A stretch of DNA of 64,000 nucleotides from an uncultured Gammaproteobacteria bacterium (GTDB lineage: Bacteria > Patescibacteriota > Microgenomatia > UBA8517): the NCBI GenBank assembly GCA_964599625.1, contig CAZRGC010000003.1, positions 97,759 to 161,758 of the forward strand. The letters run 5' to 3'. The translations under genes were made by a program, and so were the position numbers. The notes under the pieces were generated by a model. The model saw nothing but the letters and a program-made list of their open reading frames with translations, was not told the origin of the DNA and did not search any database. Position 1 is the stretch's first letter. Every line of letters begins with the position of its first letter. Of the stretch, positions 46,505 through 55,954 are shown in pieces.

Positions 46505-47476
46505 GTGGCTCAAAAAGAAGACGACTCCTACCAAAAATATCTTGAAGACAAACACTTGGCATTTGCAACGCCCGAAAGTCTGGTATCGTCTATGGTAAAA
46601 AAGGCAACGGGATCAGAACCCTTTTCTGTCGAAAAGTTGATTCAGGGTGAAGTGAACGAGGTTTATGATGTGGAGGCTGGTGGTCAAAATGTAATAGTAA
46701 GAATTTCCCGACAAGGACCGGAAAATTTTGAAACCGAAGAAACTGTAATACGCCTCGCTTTGCAAGCAGGTGTACCCGCTCCCAAAGTTCTTCTTTTGGA
46801 ATCTGCCTCAACCGAAACCGAAGAATTGACCTTTTGTATAGAAGAAAAGATTGAAGGAAAGCCATTGAAAGAATTACTAAAAACTCTGGACGCAGAAACT
46901 CTCAAGGCAATTCTGATTCAGTCGGGCGAGATATTATCCCGTATCCATTCATTGGAAACGGACAGATTTGGGCCCTTGGATAGGCAGGTCTTTTATCCTT
47001 CATGGACAGAATATTTATTCAGGAAGGAAGAAAATAAACGTGAGATAATTGAGTATGGCTCTAAAGTGGGACTCCTGCCCGGTGTTATAGATAAAGCCTT
47101 TTCTATACAAAGGAAAAACTCAGGAATTTTGGAAATACAAATCCCCTATATTCTGCACGGCGATTTTAGTCCCAAACACATTCTCACGAATGGAAAAACA
47201 GTCACTGGAATAATAGATTTTGAAGACGCCAAAGGAGGCGATCCGGTGAGAGATATTGCTTGGATGAACTTTTTTTATGGCGATTCGGTAAATCTTGAGT
47301 GGTTTTTAGAAGGATACGGAAGGGAAAAAACAGGAATGGACTTTGATATAAAAATGAGACTTTTGAAAGTTAACTTGGGACTGGACCTGTTGGATTATTA
47401 CGGATCAGAAGGTAATATTTCAGGACTTAAATACTCGAAACGTAAATTGGAGGAAGAGATGGAATTTTTCAAATGA
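46505..47476 (+). CDS. Phosphotransferase enzyme family (APH/choline-kinase-like) protein
   Basis: Brenner motif LHGDFSPKHIL (HGDxxxxN) and IIDFEDA (D-F/x-E metal-binding loop). N-terminal nucleotide-binding lobe. Confidence 0.7.
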   Translation: MAQKEDDSYQKYLEDKHLAFATPESLVSSMVKKATGSEPFSVEKLIQGEVNEVYDVEAGGQNVIVRISRQGPENFETEETVIRLALQAGVPAPKVLLLESASTETEELTFCIEEKIEGKPLKELLKTLDAETLKAILIQSGEILSRIHSLETDRFGPLDRQVFYPSWTEYLFRKEENKREIIEYGSKVGLLPGVIDKAFSIQRKNSGILEIQIPYILHGDFSPKHILTNGKTVTGIIDFEDAKGGDPVRDIAWMNFFYGDSVNLEWFLEGYGREKTGMDFDIKMRLLKVNLGLDLLDYYGSEGNISGLKYSKRKLEEEMEFFK

Positions 47477-47483
47477 CCCGACA

Positions 47484-48065
47484 ATGAATTCAAACACAAT
47501 AGTAATTTTGGGAACCCTGATTGGTGCAATTGGCTCGATCTTTTATCTTGTCGACGTTGTTAAGGGAAAAATAAAACCCAATCGGGTTTCTTTTATTCTT
47601 TGGTCACTCCCACCATTGATATCTGCATACGCAAATATTAAAAGTGGCGGTGGAATTGAATCTTTAATGACTTTTAGTGTTGGTTTTTTTCCACTGCTTA
47701 TATTTTTGGCAACTTTTCTCAACAAAAAATCCGTTTGGAAACTTACCAAATTTGATTTTGTTTGCGGCGCACTTTCACTTTTGGGATTCCTGCTTTGGCA
47801 GGTAACAAAAGAAGGATATTTGGCAATAACTTTTAGTATAGTTTCCGATTTTTTGGCTGGAATTCCCACCATAACAAAAACTTACAAACACCCAGAAACG
47901 GAACTGGCTTGGCCCTGGTTGATGCCGGTCTTGGGAGAAATTCTTACACTTTCCACACTTGGGGATATTACTTATCTCAACTCAGGTTTCATGATTTACG
48001 TAACTTTGTATAACACAGTCATTTTTCTTTTGGCGCAGTATAAAATCGGAAAGATATGGAAATAA
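47484..48065 (+). CDS. Hypothetical integral membrane protein (about 6 TM)
   Basis: 193 aa with alternating hydrophobic helices. No family motif recognised (PnuC-like was considered, not supported). Confidence 0.45.
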   Translation: MNSNTIVILGTLIGAIGSIFYLVDVVKGKIKPNRVSFILWSLPPLISAYANIKSGGGIESLMTFSVGFFPLLIFLATFLNKKSVWKLTKFDFVCGALSLLGFLLWQVTKEGYLAITFSIVSDFLAGIPTITKTYKHPETELAWPWLMPVLGEILTLSTLGDITYLNSGFMIYVTLYNTVIFLLAQYKIGKIWK

Positions 48066-48562
48066 TTAAACTACCTGTTTCAGAGTGGAAAAGTTATAAA
48101 GCAATAAGGCTTCGAGCTCTCAAGGAAGACCCTCAGGCATTTGGAGCCTCATACGACGATGCGGTCAAATTTGACGAGTCCGAATGGAGACGCAGGCTTG
48201 AAAATGCCGAAAATTCGGACAGAAGTTGGTTATGGTTTGCACAAGAAAACCAGAAAATTGTAGGCCTTATTGGGGCATATATGGAAAAAGGTGCAACAAA
48301 TGAGGCAACTATAGTTTCTGTTTTTGTTCCCAAGGAAGAAAGAGGGAAAGGAATATCGAGCCTTTTGATGGATAAGATGATATCCGAACTTTCAGCTAAA
48401 CCATATCTCAAAAAAATTAATTTGACTGTGAACAAAGACCAAGTAGCGGCCGTAAATCTTTATACAAAGTTTGGTTTCGTAAAAGTCGGTGAGCAAAATT
48501 TTAAAATGGGAAACGGTCAGAAGGCTGTGGAATTTGTTATGGAAAGACAAATTAGCACTTAA
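48056..48562 (+). CDS. GNAT family N-acetyltransferase
   Basis: Motif A region (..RGKGISSLLMDKMISEL..) and C-terminal ..NLYTKFGF.. typical of GNAT. Confidence 0.75.
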   Translation: MEIIKLPVSEWKSYKAIRLRALKEDPQAFGASYDDAVKFDESEWRRRLENAENSDRSWLWFAQENQKIVGLIGAYMEKGATNEATIVSVFVPKEERGKGISSLLMDKMISELSAKPYLKKINLTVNKDQVAAVNLYTKFGFVKVGEQNFKMGNGQKAVEFVMERQIST

Positions 48563-48606
48563 GGTCTGTCATTGATAACTTAGTTGCGATATAATTCAAC
48601 TTCGGT

Positions 48607-49890
48607 ATGTTTGAACAAATTTTGAATTTCTTCAAGAAAGCTGTAACCACACCTTCTATTAGGAAGAAGCTTCTGGTTACCGCGGTTATCCTTGTTGTAT
48701 TTCGTTTGGCAGGACATATCCCGGCCGCAGGAATAGATCGCAATACACTCACCGCACTCTTTTTGGGAAGCCCTCTTCTTTCGCTTTTGGATGTGTTTTC
48801 CGGAGGAACTCTTGCAAACTTTTCTATTTTGGCCTTAGGGCTTAACCCTTACATCAATGCATCCATTATTTTGCAGCTTTTGGGTTATGTAGTTCCATCG
48901 TTGGAAGCCTTGCAAAAAGAGGGTGAGTACGGCCAGGAGAAAATAAATCAGTACACAAGGCTTTTGACAGTGCCTCTTGCGGCTCTCCAGGCGTTTGGTA
49001 TGTACGCACTCCTTAAGGGGCAAAATGTAATTTCCAATCTTGCTCCTTTGGAACTTTTGGCTTTGGTGATTACGATGACAGCCGGAACTGTTTTCTCGGT
49101 TTGGTTGGGAGAGCTGATTAGCGAGTATGGATTTAAAAATGGAGTTTCCCTGCTAATTTTTACAGGAATAGTAGCAAGACTTCCTGTTGTTTTGGGACAG
49201 TCGGCCAGTGTTGTACAGTCGCAGGATATTCTGAAAGTAATTCTCTTCCTGGTTGTAGCAGCTTTGGTTGTGGGAATGATTATTTTCATAAGTGAAGCTT
49301 CCCGCAAAATCCCAATACACTATGCAAAAAGACGCACCGACACAGGTTTGGGGGCAACTTCCTATTTACCACTAAGACTCAATCAAGCAGGTGTGATTCC
49401 TATCATATTCGCGGTTTCATTGGTTTTGATACCTTCGCTTATGGGTCAGTTTTTGGCCAACATTCCAAATGCTGCTGTTGCGAATGCTGCCAGATTCATA
49501 AGTACTGCATTTAATCCCCAGTCTGTTGTCTATAACCTTACATATTTTGTTTTAGTGTTTGGTTTCACTTATTTTTATACAGCGGTTATTTTCAATCCGG
49601 ATAAAATTTCCGAAGATTTACAAAAAGGTGGAGGTTTTATTCCGGGAATCAGACCCGGAAAAGAAACATCCAAATATTTGTCTTTCGTTTTGTCTCGTTT
49701 GACAGTGGTTGGAGGAGTGTTTTTGGGTTTGGTTGCTGTCATGCCTTCTTTCTTTCAAAATTCGATTGGTGCCAGTAATTTAGCAATTGGAGGAACTGGG
49801 GTGTTGATTGTTGTTTCTGTGGCTTTGGAAATTGTCAGAGAAATGGAAGGTGAGTTGGTAATGGGTAAGTATGAAGGTTTTCTAAGATGA
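48607..49890 (+). CDS. secY: Preprotein translocase subunit SecY
   Basis: 10-TM SecY topology, ..[15 protein letters not shown].., ..[13 protein letters not shown].. motifs. Confidence 0.95.
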   Translation: MFEQILNFFKKAVTTPSIRKKLLVTAVILVVFRLAGHIPAAGIDRNTLTALFLGSPLLSLLDVFSGGTLANFSILALGLNPYINASIILQLLGYVVPSLEALQKEGEYGQEKINQYTRLLTVPLAALQAFGMYALLKGQNVISNLAPLELLALVITMTAGTVFSVWLGELISEYGFKNGVSLLIFTGIVARLPVVLGQSASVVQSQDILKVILFLVVAALVVGMIIFISEASRKIPIHYAKRRTDTGLGATSYLPLRLNQAGVIPIIFAVSLVLIPSLMGQFLANIPNAAVANAARFISTAFNPQSVVYNLTYFVLVFGFTYFYTAVIFNPDKISEDLQKGGGFIPGIRPGKETSKYLSFVLSRLTVVGGVFLGLVAVMPSFFQNSIGASNLAIGGTGVLIVVSVALEIVREMEGELVMGKYEGFLR

Positions 49891-50519
49891 ACATCATTTT
49901 AATTGGGCCTCAAGGGTCCGGAAAAGGAACTCAAGCAAGACTTATTTATGAGAAGTTTAACTTTTTTTATTTTGAGTCTGGGGCCTTCTTGCGAAAAATT
50001 GCCGAAAACAATCAGGAGCTGAAAGAAGCATTGGCCTCTGGTATGTTAGTACCAGACAGGGAAATGACATCATACCTTTCTGCTTTTTTGGATCAGGAGG
50101 GTCTTTATGACGATGTGATTTTTGACGGGTTTCCAAGAACTGTTGACCAATTTAAGTTTTGGAGAAAATGGCTTGAAGACAAAGAGGTGAAATTGGACCT
50201 AACACTCCTTCTGGTTATTAGCGAGGACGAAACAGTCAGAAGACTGTCGGCAAGAAGGCTCGATCCCGCCAGCGGGGCCATATACAATTTGGTGACAGAT
50301 CCCCCACCCAAAGAAGTAGACATTAGCAAATTGGTTCACAGGGACGACGACAAACCCGAGGCAATTAAAAAAAGGCTTGCTTTATACAAGGAACGCACAG
50401 AACCCCTGATAGAGGAACTCAGGAGTGTGTCAGAGGTTGTGGAAGTCAGCGGAGAACGACCAATTGACGAGATTGCCAAGGAGATTAGAAAGATTATAGA
50501 ATACCGCCTCAGGTCATGA
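49887..50519 (+). CDS. adk: Adenylate kinase
   Basis: P-loop [20 protein letters not shown] motif. Confidence 0.9.
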   Translation: MNIILIGPQGSGKGTQARLIYEKFNFFYFESGAFLRKIAENNQELKEALASGMLVPDREMTSYLSAFLDQEGLYDDVIFDGFPRTVDQFKFWRKWLEDKEVKLDLTLLLVISEDETVRRLSARRLDPASGAIYNLVTDPPPKEVDISKLVHRDDDKPEAIKKRLALYKERTEPLIEELRSVSEVVEVSGERPIDEIAKEIRKIIEYRLRS

Positions 50520-51265
50520 TTACAATTAAAACTGACGAAGAGATCAAAATAATGGCGGAGGGTGGCGCCAAACTTGGACGGGTTAAAAACTCCCTCAAAG
50601 AAGCGGTGGCTTCGGGTGTCAGGGCCTCTGAGATAGACAAGTTGGCCGTTGAGCTCATCAAAAAGGAGGGAGCGGAAGTGGCATTTAGCAAAGTGAAAGA
50701 CTACAAATGGGCTACCTGCATAAATGTAAATGAGAGTCTGGTGCATGGAATTCCCCATGACTCAATAGTTTTCAAAGATGGCGATGTTGTTTCAATAGAT
50801 GTTGGGGTTTATTACAAGGGCTTTTTTACCGACACTTCTATATCTACAGTCATCAACCCTTCTCCCGAAGTAAAAAAATTTGTGAATATAGGAAAGATGG
50901 CTCTTGAGAAGGCAATATCCAAAGTAAGGATTGGAAACTATATATACGACATCTCAAAGGTGATCGAAGACGCCGTCGAAGGTGCAGGCTACGCAACAGT
51001 CAAAGCCCTTGTGGGGCATGGTGTGGGGCGTGAGCTTCACGAGGATCCGCAGATACCATGTTTCGTTCCCGGCAAACGTGAGGAAAGCCCGGAAATCAAA
51101 AAGGGTATGGTTTTGGCCGTGGAGGTAATGTATGCTATGGGAAGCGATAAAGTGGCCATCGCCGAAGACGGGTGGACAATTGTTATGCGTGATGGTAAAA
51201 TATCAGCACTTTTCGAGGAGACAGTGGCAGTAACCGAAAAAGGCCCTAAGATACTGACTCTTTAA
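50516..51265 (+). CDS. map: Methionine aminopeptidase type I
   Basis: ..VHGIPHD.., ..DVGV.., ..GHGVGRELHEDP.. metal-ligand motifs. Confidence 0.92.
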   Translation: MITIKTDEEIKIMAEGGAKLGRVKNSLKEAVASGVRASEIDKLAVELIKKEGAEVAFSKVKDYKWATCINVNESLVHGIPHDSIVFKDGDVVSIDVGVYYKGFFTDTSISTVINPSPEVKKFVNIGKMALEKAISKVRIGNYIYDISKVIEDAVEGAGYATVKALVGHGVGRELHEDPQIPCFVPGKREESPEIKKGMVLAVEVMYAMGSDKVAIAEDGWTIVMRDGKISALFEETVAVTEKGPKILTL

Positions 51266-51316
51266 GTTAGTTATATCCACGTAAAGTAGGTAGTCTAAGG
51301 CTATCTGTGTCAAAAA

Positions 51317-51532
51317 ATGAAAACGACAAGCGTACTGGAAGTTGACGGAACAGTTAGTCAGGCCTTGCCCAATACAATGTTTAGGGTTGATTTGGCTGAC
51401 GGCCGAGAGGTCTTGGCAACTTTGAAAGGCAAAATGAGACGAGCCTATGTCAGGATTTTTCCGGGCGACAGGGTTAAAGTTGAAATGACACCTTTTGACG
51501 AAAAGAGAGGGAGAATAGTTTTTAAGTATTAA
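51317..51532 (+). CDS. infA: Translation initiation factor IF-1
   Basis: 71 aa, S1-like fold, ..LPNTMFRVDLADGREVLA..GKMRR.YVRIFPGDRV.. signature. Confidence 0.95.
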   Translation: MKTTSVLEVDGTVSQALPNTMFRVDLADGREVLATLKGKMRRAYVRIFPGDRVKVEMTPFDEKRGRIVFKY

Positions 51533-51565
51533 AAAGAGAAAGGAATTTATATCAATAAGATAGCT

Positions 51566-51679
51566 ATGAAAGTTATAAGCTCAATCAAGCCAAGATGTAA
51601 GGACTGCAAAATTGTCAAAAGACGAGGGGTGCTTTATATTATTTGCAAAAATCCTAGGCACAAACAGCGTCAAGGTTAA
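51566..51679 (+). CDS. rpmJ: 50S ribosomal protein L36 (37 aa; not in the supplied ORF track)
   Basis: Translated by hand: [38 protein letters not shown]-x2-C-x12-C-x4-H zinc-ribbon pattern of L36 (CKDC...CKNPRH). Confidence 0.85.
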   Translation: MKVISSIKPRCKDCKIVKRRGVLYIICKNPRHKQRQG

Positions 51680-51689
51680 TTTTAAATAA

Positions 51690-52100
51690 ATGAGAATTGT
51701 AGGTATTGATTTACAAGACGGTTGGAAGGTAGACTACGCTCTGACAAAAATCAAGGGGCTTGGATGGACATTGTCCAGAAAAGTCATGAAAAGCGTAGGA
51801 GTTGATTTGGCAAAAAGAGTTTCAGAACTTACAACCGACGAGGTTAGCAAGATCTCTGCAGAGCTCGAAAAATATACAGTAGAAGGAGATTTGGCCAGGG
51901 TTGTCAGAGGTAACATTCAAAGACTGCAAGTAATCGGATCTTATAGGGGTTTGAGACATTCCAGAAATCTTCCGGTTAGGGGTCAAAGAACCAAAACTAA
52001 CGGTCGTACAAAACGAGGTAAAAGAAAGACAGTTGGTGCATTCAAGAAAGAAGTTCTTTCCAAGATGGCAACTGCCAAAGCTGAAGACGCAAAGAAATAA
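51690..52100 (+). CDS. rpsM: 30S ribosomal protein S13
   Basis: MRIVGIDL start, ..GLRHSRNLPVRGQRTKTN signature. Confidence 0.95.
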   Translation: MRIVGIDLQDGWKVDYALTKIKGLGWTLSRKVMKSVGVDLAKRVSELTTDEVSKISAELEKYTVEGDLARVVRGNIQRLQVIGSYRGLRHSRNLPVRGQRTKTNGRTKRGKRKTVGAFKKEVLSKMATAKAEDAKK

Positions 52101-52109
52101 TTTATTTAA

Positions 52110-52490
52110 ATGGCTACAACAACTAAAAATATTAAAAAAGAATCCAAACTCGGAAAGATTTACGTTTCTGCTTCGTTCAATAATACATTGGTTACCATTA
52201 CAAACGATCGTGGGGAAACACTCGCTTGGGGTAGCTCAGGTGCGTCAGGTTTCAAAGGAACAAGGCGCGCAACTCCTTATGCTGCAACAACTGCAGTTGA
52301 GAAAGTCTTAGGAAAAGCTAAATCTGAATTTGGTGTTGAAGAAGTTGAGATTTACGTAAAAGGTCCCGGACCGGGCAGAGATGCCGCACTGCGTGCTGTA
52401 AGAAGCACTGGGGTTAAAATCAATTTGATTGCGGACATCACACCGGTTCCACACAACGGACCAAGACCCAAGAAAAAGAGGAGAGTGTAA
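52110..52490 (+). CDS. rpsK: 30S ribosomal protein S11
   Basis: ..ASFNNTLVTITN..GE.LAWGSSGASGFKG.RRATPYAA signature. Confidence 0.95.
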   Translation: MATTTKNIKKESKLGKIYVSASFNNTLVTITNDRGETLAWGSSGASGFKGTRRATPYAATTAVEKVLGKAKSEFGVEEVEIYVKGPGPGRDAALRAVRSTGVKINLIADITPVPHNGPRPKKKRRV

Positions 52491-52520
52491 GCAAATAAAT
52501 AAAACAAAAATAAAAAAGAC

Positions 52521-53120
52521 ATGGCAAAATACGTAGGACCAAAAGATAGACTTTCAAGACGCGAAGCGTTTGATATTTTTAGTGCTGGAACAAAACTCAC
52601 AAGACTCAATGTTCCGCCCGGGGTTCATGGGCCAAAAGGTTCCAGATCTTCTTCCCAATACGGAAAGCAGCTCAGGGAAAAACAAAAGGTCAAAAGAATG
52701 TATGGCATTATGGAAGCACAGTTCGAGAGGTATGCAACCGAAGCTTTCAAATCCAAAGGAAACACAGGTGAAGCACTTCTATCTGCTCTTGAGAGACGTT
52801 TGGATAGTGTTGTCTACAGACTTGGCCTTGCTCCCAAAAGGACATCTGCAAGACAGCTTGTTTCTCACAGACACGTGCTCGTGAACGGAAAAAAGCTTAA
52901 TATTCCTTCGTACAAAGTCATGGTGGGGGATACAATTTCCCTGGATGGTAAGGGTATGAATATTCCCGAAATCAAAAAAAGCATCGACAATGACGAGTAC
53001 AAAGCCCCTGAGTGGTTGGAAAGAAAAGCTGCAGCAGGAAAAATGGTTAGAGAGCCAAAAAGAGGAGATATAACAGAACCTATCAGCGAACAGGACATAG
53101 TAGAGTTTTATAGTAGATAA
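52521..53120 (+). CDS. rpsD: 30S ribosomal protein S4
   Basis: MAKYVGPK start, S4 RNA-binding domain (..LDSVVYRLGLA..). Confidence 0.95.
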   Translation: MAKYVGPKDRLSRREAFDIFSAGTKLTRLNVPPGVHGPKGSRSSSQYGKQLREKQKVKRMYGIMEAQFERYATEAFKSKGNTGEALLSALERRLDSVVYRLGLAPKRTSARQLVSHRHVLVNGKKLNIPSYKVMVGDTISLDGKGMNIPEIKKSIDNDEYKAPEWLERKAAAGKMVREPKRGDITEPISEQDIVEFYSR

Positions 53121-53251
53121 AGACAAATTGAGGCTATTTTGTGCCTAAATAGGCAATTTCAGAATTGGTGTTGAAAAACACTTAAATTAGGTTTAAAATA
53201 GCTCAATTCCCAAGAAATCTTGGGACTTTTATTTGTAAGCGAGTTAATAAT

Positions 53252-54169
53252 ATGAACGAACCAATGTTTGAGATCAAAGAAGAAGGAAAGTCGGCAAACT
53301 ATTCAAAGTTTGTGATTTCTCCTTTGGAGAGGGGTTACGGACTTACAGTCGGAAACTCTCTCAGGAGAGTTTTATTGACCAGCCTTTCCGGAATTGCAGT
53401 TACTTCTGTTAAGATTGCAGGTGTTAAGCACCAATTCTCAAGCCTTAGCGGCATGAGAGAGGATGTAGTAGAGTTTGTTTTAAACCTCAAAAAAGTCAGA
53501 TTCTCCGGAGACATAGATAAAGTAACCAAAGCCACAATCGAAGTAAGTAAAGAGGGTGAATTCACAGCAGAAAACATTAAAGTTTCAGGAGGGGTAAAGG
53601 TTGTTAATCCGGAACTGGTACTAGGAACACTCAACAAGGGGACAAAACTTTCTGCGGAGCTCACAATCGAAAAAGGAGTAGGTTTTTCTCCCGCGGAAGA
53701 TAGATCAGTGGAAACAATTGGACTTATCCCCATGGACGCATCTTTCTCTCCTGTCAAAAGAGTAAGCTACAAAATCGAAGAGACACGTGTTGGACGCCTT
53801 ACAAACTACGACAAACTTATTTTGGAAGTCTGGACAGATGGCACAATGGACGCCGCAGATGCAGTTACCGAATCTGGTAAAATTTTGGTTTCTTACTTTG
53901 GACAGGTGGTAAACCCCAAAAAAGTAGAGGAAGCCGAAGTCGAAATTAAAAACGACCTTGGTTTGGTGGGTAAACTCTCTGTAGAAGAAATTGGACTCCC
54001 AACAAGAGTCGCAAATGCTTTAATCAAGGCTGGTTTTGAAACAGTCGAGCAATTGGCATATGCCAAGAAAGAAGATTTGGTCAAAGTCAGAAACTTGGGA
54101 GAAAAGTCCCTCAAAATTATAGCGGCTGCACTCGGAACAAAAGGAGTCGAGTTCCAGGCTATAAAATAA
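53252..54169 (+). CDS. rpoA: DNA-directed RNA polymerase subunit alpha
   Basis: NTD (..GYGLTVGNSLRRVLL..) and CTD (..LPTRVANAL..VEQLA..) present. 305 aa. Confidence 0.95.
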   Translation: MNEPMFEIKEEGKSANYSKFVISPLERGYGLTVGNSLRRVLLTSLSGIAVTSVKIAGVKHQFSSLSGMREDVVEFVLNLKKVRFSGDIDKVTKATIEVSKEGEFTAENIKVSGGVKVVNPELVLGTLNKGTKLSAELTIEKGVGFSPAEDRSVETIGLIPMDASFSPVKRVSYKIEETRVGRLTNYDKLILEVWTDGTMDAADAVTESGKILVSYFGQVVNPKKVEEAEVEIKNDLGLVGKLSVEEIGLPTRVANALIKAGFETVEQLAYAKKEDLVKVRNLGEKSLKIIAAALGTKGVEFQAIK

Positions 54170-54215
54170 TAGTCCCGAACTTCGATTTTCTACATTCTGT
54201 CTTAAATTTCATCAC

Positions 54216-54695
54216 ATGAACAAGAAAGTCTTTGGAAGAAAATTGTCCAGAAGCAGGCCTGCAAGAGAAGCTTTATTTGCCTCAATTGCTCGCGCAATGC
54301 TTCTTAATGGAAAAGTTGAAACAACCAGGGCCAAAGCCAAGGCTACTCTTGGCATGCTTGAAAAAATGGTAACAGTTTCCAAAAAGGGAACAGTTGCAGG
54401 TATGAGGCGTGTTTTGGCAGATCTGGATAATCAAAGAGATGCTCTAAACGCTTTGTATCAGGAGGTTGCACCATCGTTTACAAGGACGTCCGGTTTTATC
54501 AGACTTATCCAACTTCCAAACAGGAAGGGTGACAATGCCCAGATGGTAAGGATGGAATGGACTGATAAAATTGTCAAAAAAGCCGTGCCCGCCGGCAGGC
54601 AGGAAAAAGTTGTTAAAGAACCTAAGAAAAAAGAAGTTAAAAAAGTAGAAAAATCGGCTAAAAAAGTAGCAACAAAGAAAGAAACAAAGAAATAA
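54216..54695 (+). CDS. rplQ: 50S ribosomal protein L17 (with Lys-rich C-terminal extension)
   Basis: L17 core (..LGR..SHR.AML.N...L..HE.I.TT..KAK...) plus a K/E-rich tail. Confidence 0.9.
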   Translation: MNKKVFGRKLSRSRPAREALFASIARAMLLNGKVETTRAKAKATLGMLEKMVTVSKKGTVAGMRRVLADLDNQRDALNALYQEVAPSFTRTSGFIRLIQLPNRKGDNAQMVRMEWTDKIVKKAVPAGRQEKVVKEPKKKEVKKVEKSAKKVATKKETKK

Positions 54696-54696
54696 A

Positions 54697-55116
54697 ATGA
54701 AAACATACCAGCCATCATCCAAAGAAATCACAAGAACCTGGCGTGTAATGGACGCCAAGGATAAGATTTTGGGTAGATTCGCCACAGAAGTTGCAATAGC
54801 ACTTACAGGCAAAGACAAAGTTACCTACAGCACACATATGGATTCTGGTGATTTTGTGGTTGTTTTGAACTCCGAAAAAGTAAAGGTAACAGGCCGAAAG
54901 GCCTCTCAGAAAGTTTACAGAAGCCATTCTGGATACCCAGGTGGTTTTCGAGAAAGAAAGTTCTCCAAGGTTATGAACGAACATCCTGAGAGAATCTTGG
55001 AAAATGCAATTTCCGGAATGCTTCCTGACAACAAACTCAAAGCCAAAAGAATGGCAAGGCTCAGAGTTGTGGTAGGTGACAAAAATCCGTATTCGGATAA
55101 AATTGAGAAACAATAA
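54697..55116 (+). CDS. rplM: 50S ribosomal protein L13
   Basis: MKTYQPS..WRVMDAKDKILGRFATEVA signature. Confidence 0.95.
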   Translation: MKTYQPSSKEITRTWRVMDAKDKILGRFATEVAIALTGKDKVTYSTHMDSGDFVVVLNSEKVKVTGRKASQKVYRSHSGYPGGFRERKFSKVMNEHPERILENAISGMLPDNKLKAKRMARLRVVVGDKNPYSDKIEKQ

Positions 55117-55118
55117 CT

Positions 55119-55523
55119 ATGGCAAAGAAACTTGATTACACATACGCAATTGGTCGCAGAAAAGAATCCCAGGCAAGGGTGAGGGTATACCGTGGCAAAG
55201 GAGAAAACACTGTTAACGGAATGCCGGCATCAAAATATTTCGAGGGTGAACTTTTCCAAAAAATGCTTGCAAAGCCGATGGGTGCAACCGAAACATCCGA
55301 CAAGCATTATTATTCCGGACGCGTTGTGGGCGGCGGGAAAATGGGACAGCTTTCCTCGTTGATCCTGGCACTTTCCAGGGCTTTGGTAAAGATTTCTCCC
55401 GAAAAAAACAGAATAGTTCTTAGAAAATTAAATCTTCTCACCCGTGATTCCAGAATCAGACAACGAAGGATGGTTGGAATGGGTGGAAAAGCCCGCAGAA
55501 AGAAACAATCTCCAAAACGTTAA
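55119..55523 (+). CDS. rpsI: 30S ribosomal protein S9
   Basis: ..GRRKESQARV.., C-terminal ..ARR.KQSPKR. Confidence 0.95.
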   Translation: MAKKLDYTYAIGRRKESQARVRVYRGKGENTVNGMPASKYFEGELFQKMLAKPMGATETSDKHYYSGRVVGGGKMGQLSSLILALSRALVKISPEKNRIVLRKLNLLTRDSRIRQRRMVGMGGKARRKKQSPKR

Positions 55524-55567
55524 CGGTTTTCTTTTTCCATAGCTTCACTTTGTAGTACAATCTTTCT

Positions 55568-55939
55568 ATGGTAAGTGATCGTATTTTGGCAGAGGCTAAA
55601 AAATATATACCTGAGTGTGACTACATCGTAGATCTTTTTGACCTAATGTTTATTTGGGTTAGCGACAAAGCACTAAAGGAGACAGGTTTTACCAAGGATG
55701 AGATTTTGAGGATGCGAAACCTTGATCTTATAGCCGAAGGAATGTATTCCGAAGTTGACTTGCGCAAGCAACTTATTGAAAGAATTACCAAAAAACAGGG
55801 CGAAAACACTTACATTCTCAAAACCGCCAAGGGTCTTTTGAATGTGCGTTATCAATATCAGGCATTTCAATTTGATGGCGGCTGGTACATAACGGGAAAG
55901 ATTTTGGAAACCTCCCCCGCCCCAAATCCTCAGTCTTAA
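55568..55939 (+). CDS. Hypothetical protein (123 aa)
   Basis: ORF directly after rpsI. No recognisable motifs. Confidence 0.4.
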   Translation: MVSDRILAEAKKYIPECDYIVDLFDLMFIWVSDKALKETGFTKDEILRMRNLDLIAEGMYSEVDLRKQLIERITKKQGENTYILKTAKGLLNVRYQYQAFQFDGGWYITGKILETSPAPNPQS

Positions 55940-55954
55940 GTTATAATTTTTACA

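Noticed and set aside
47484-48065. Membrane protein as a PnuC nicotinamide-riboside transporter (would fit the NAD theme)
   Set aside because: Could not find the PnuC signature motifs; similarity is limited to size and hydrophobicity.
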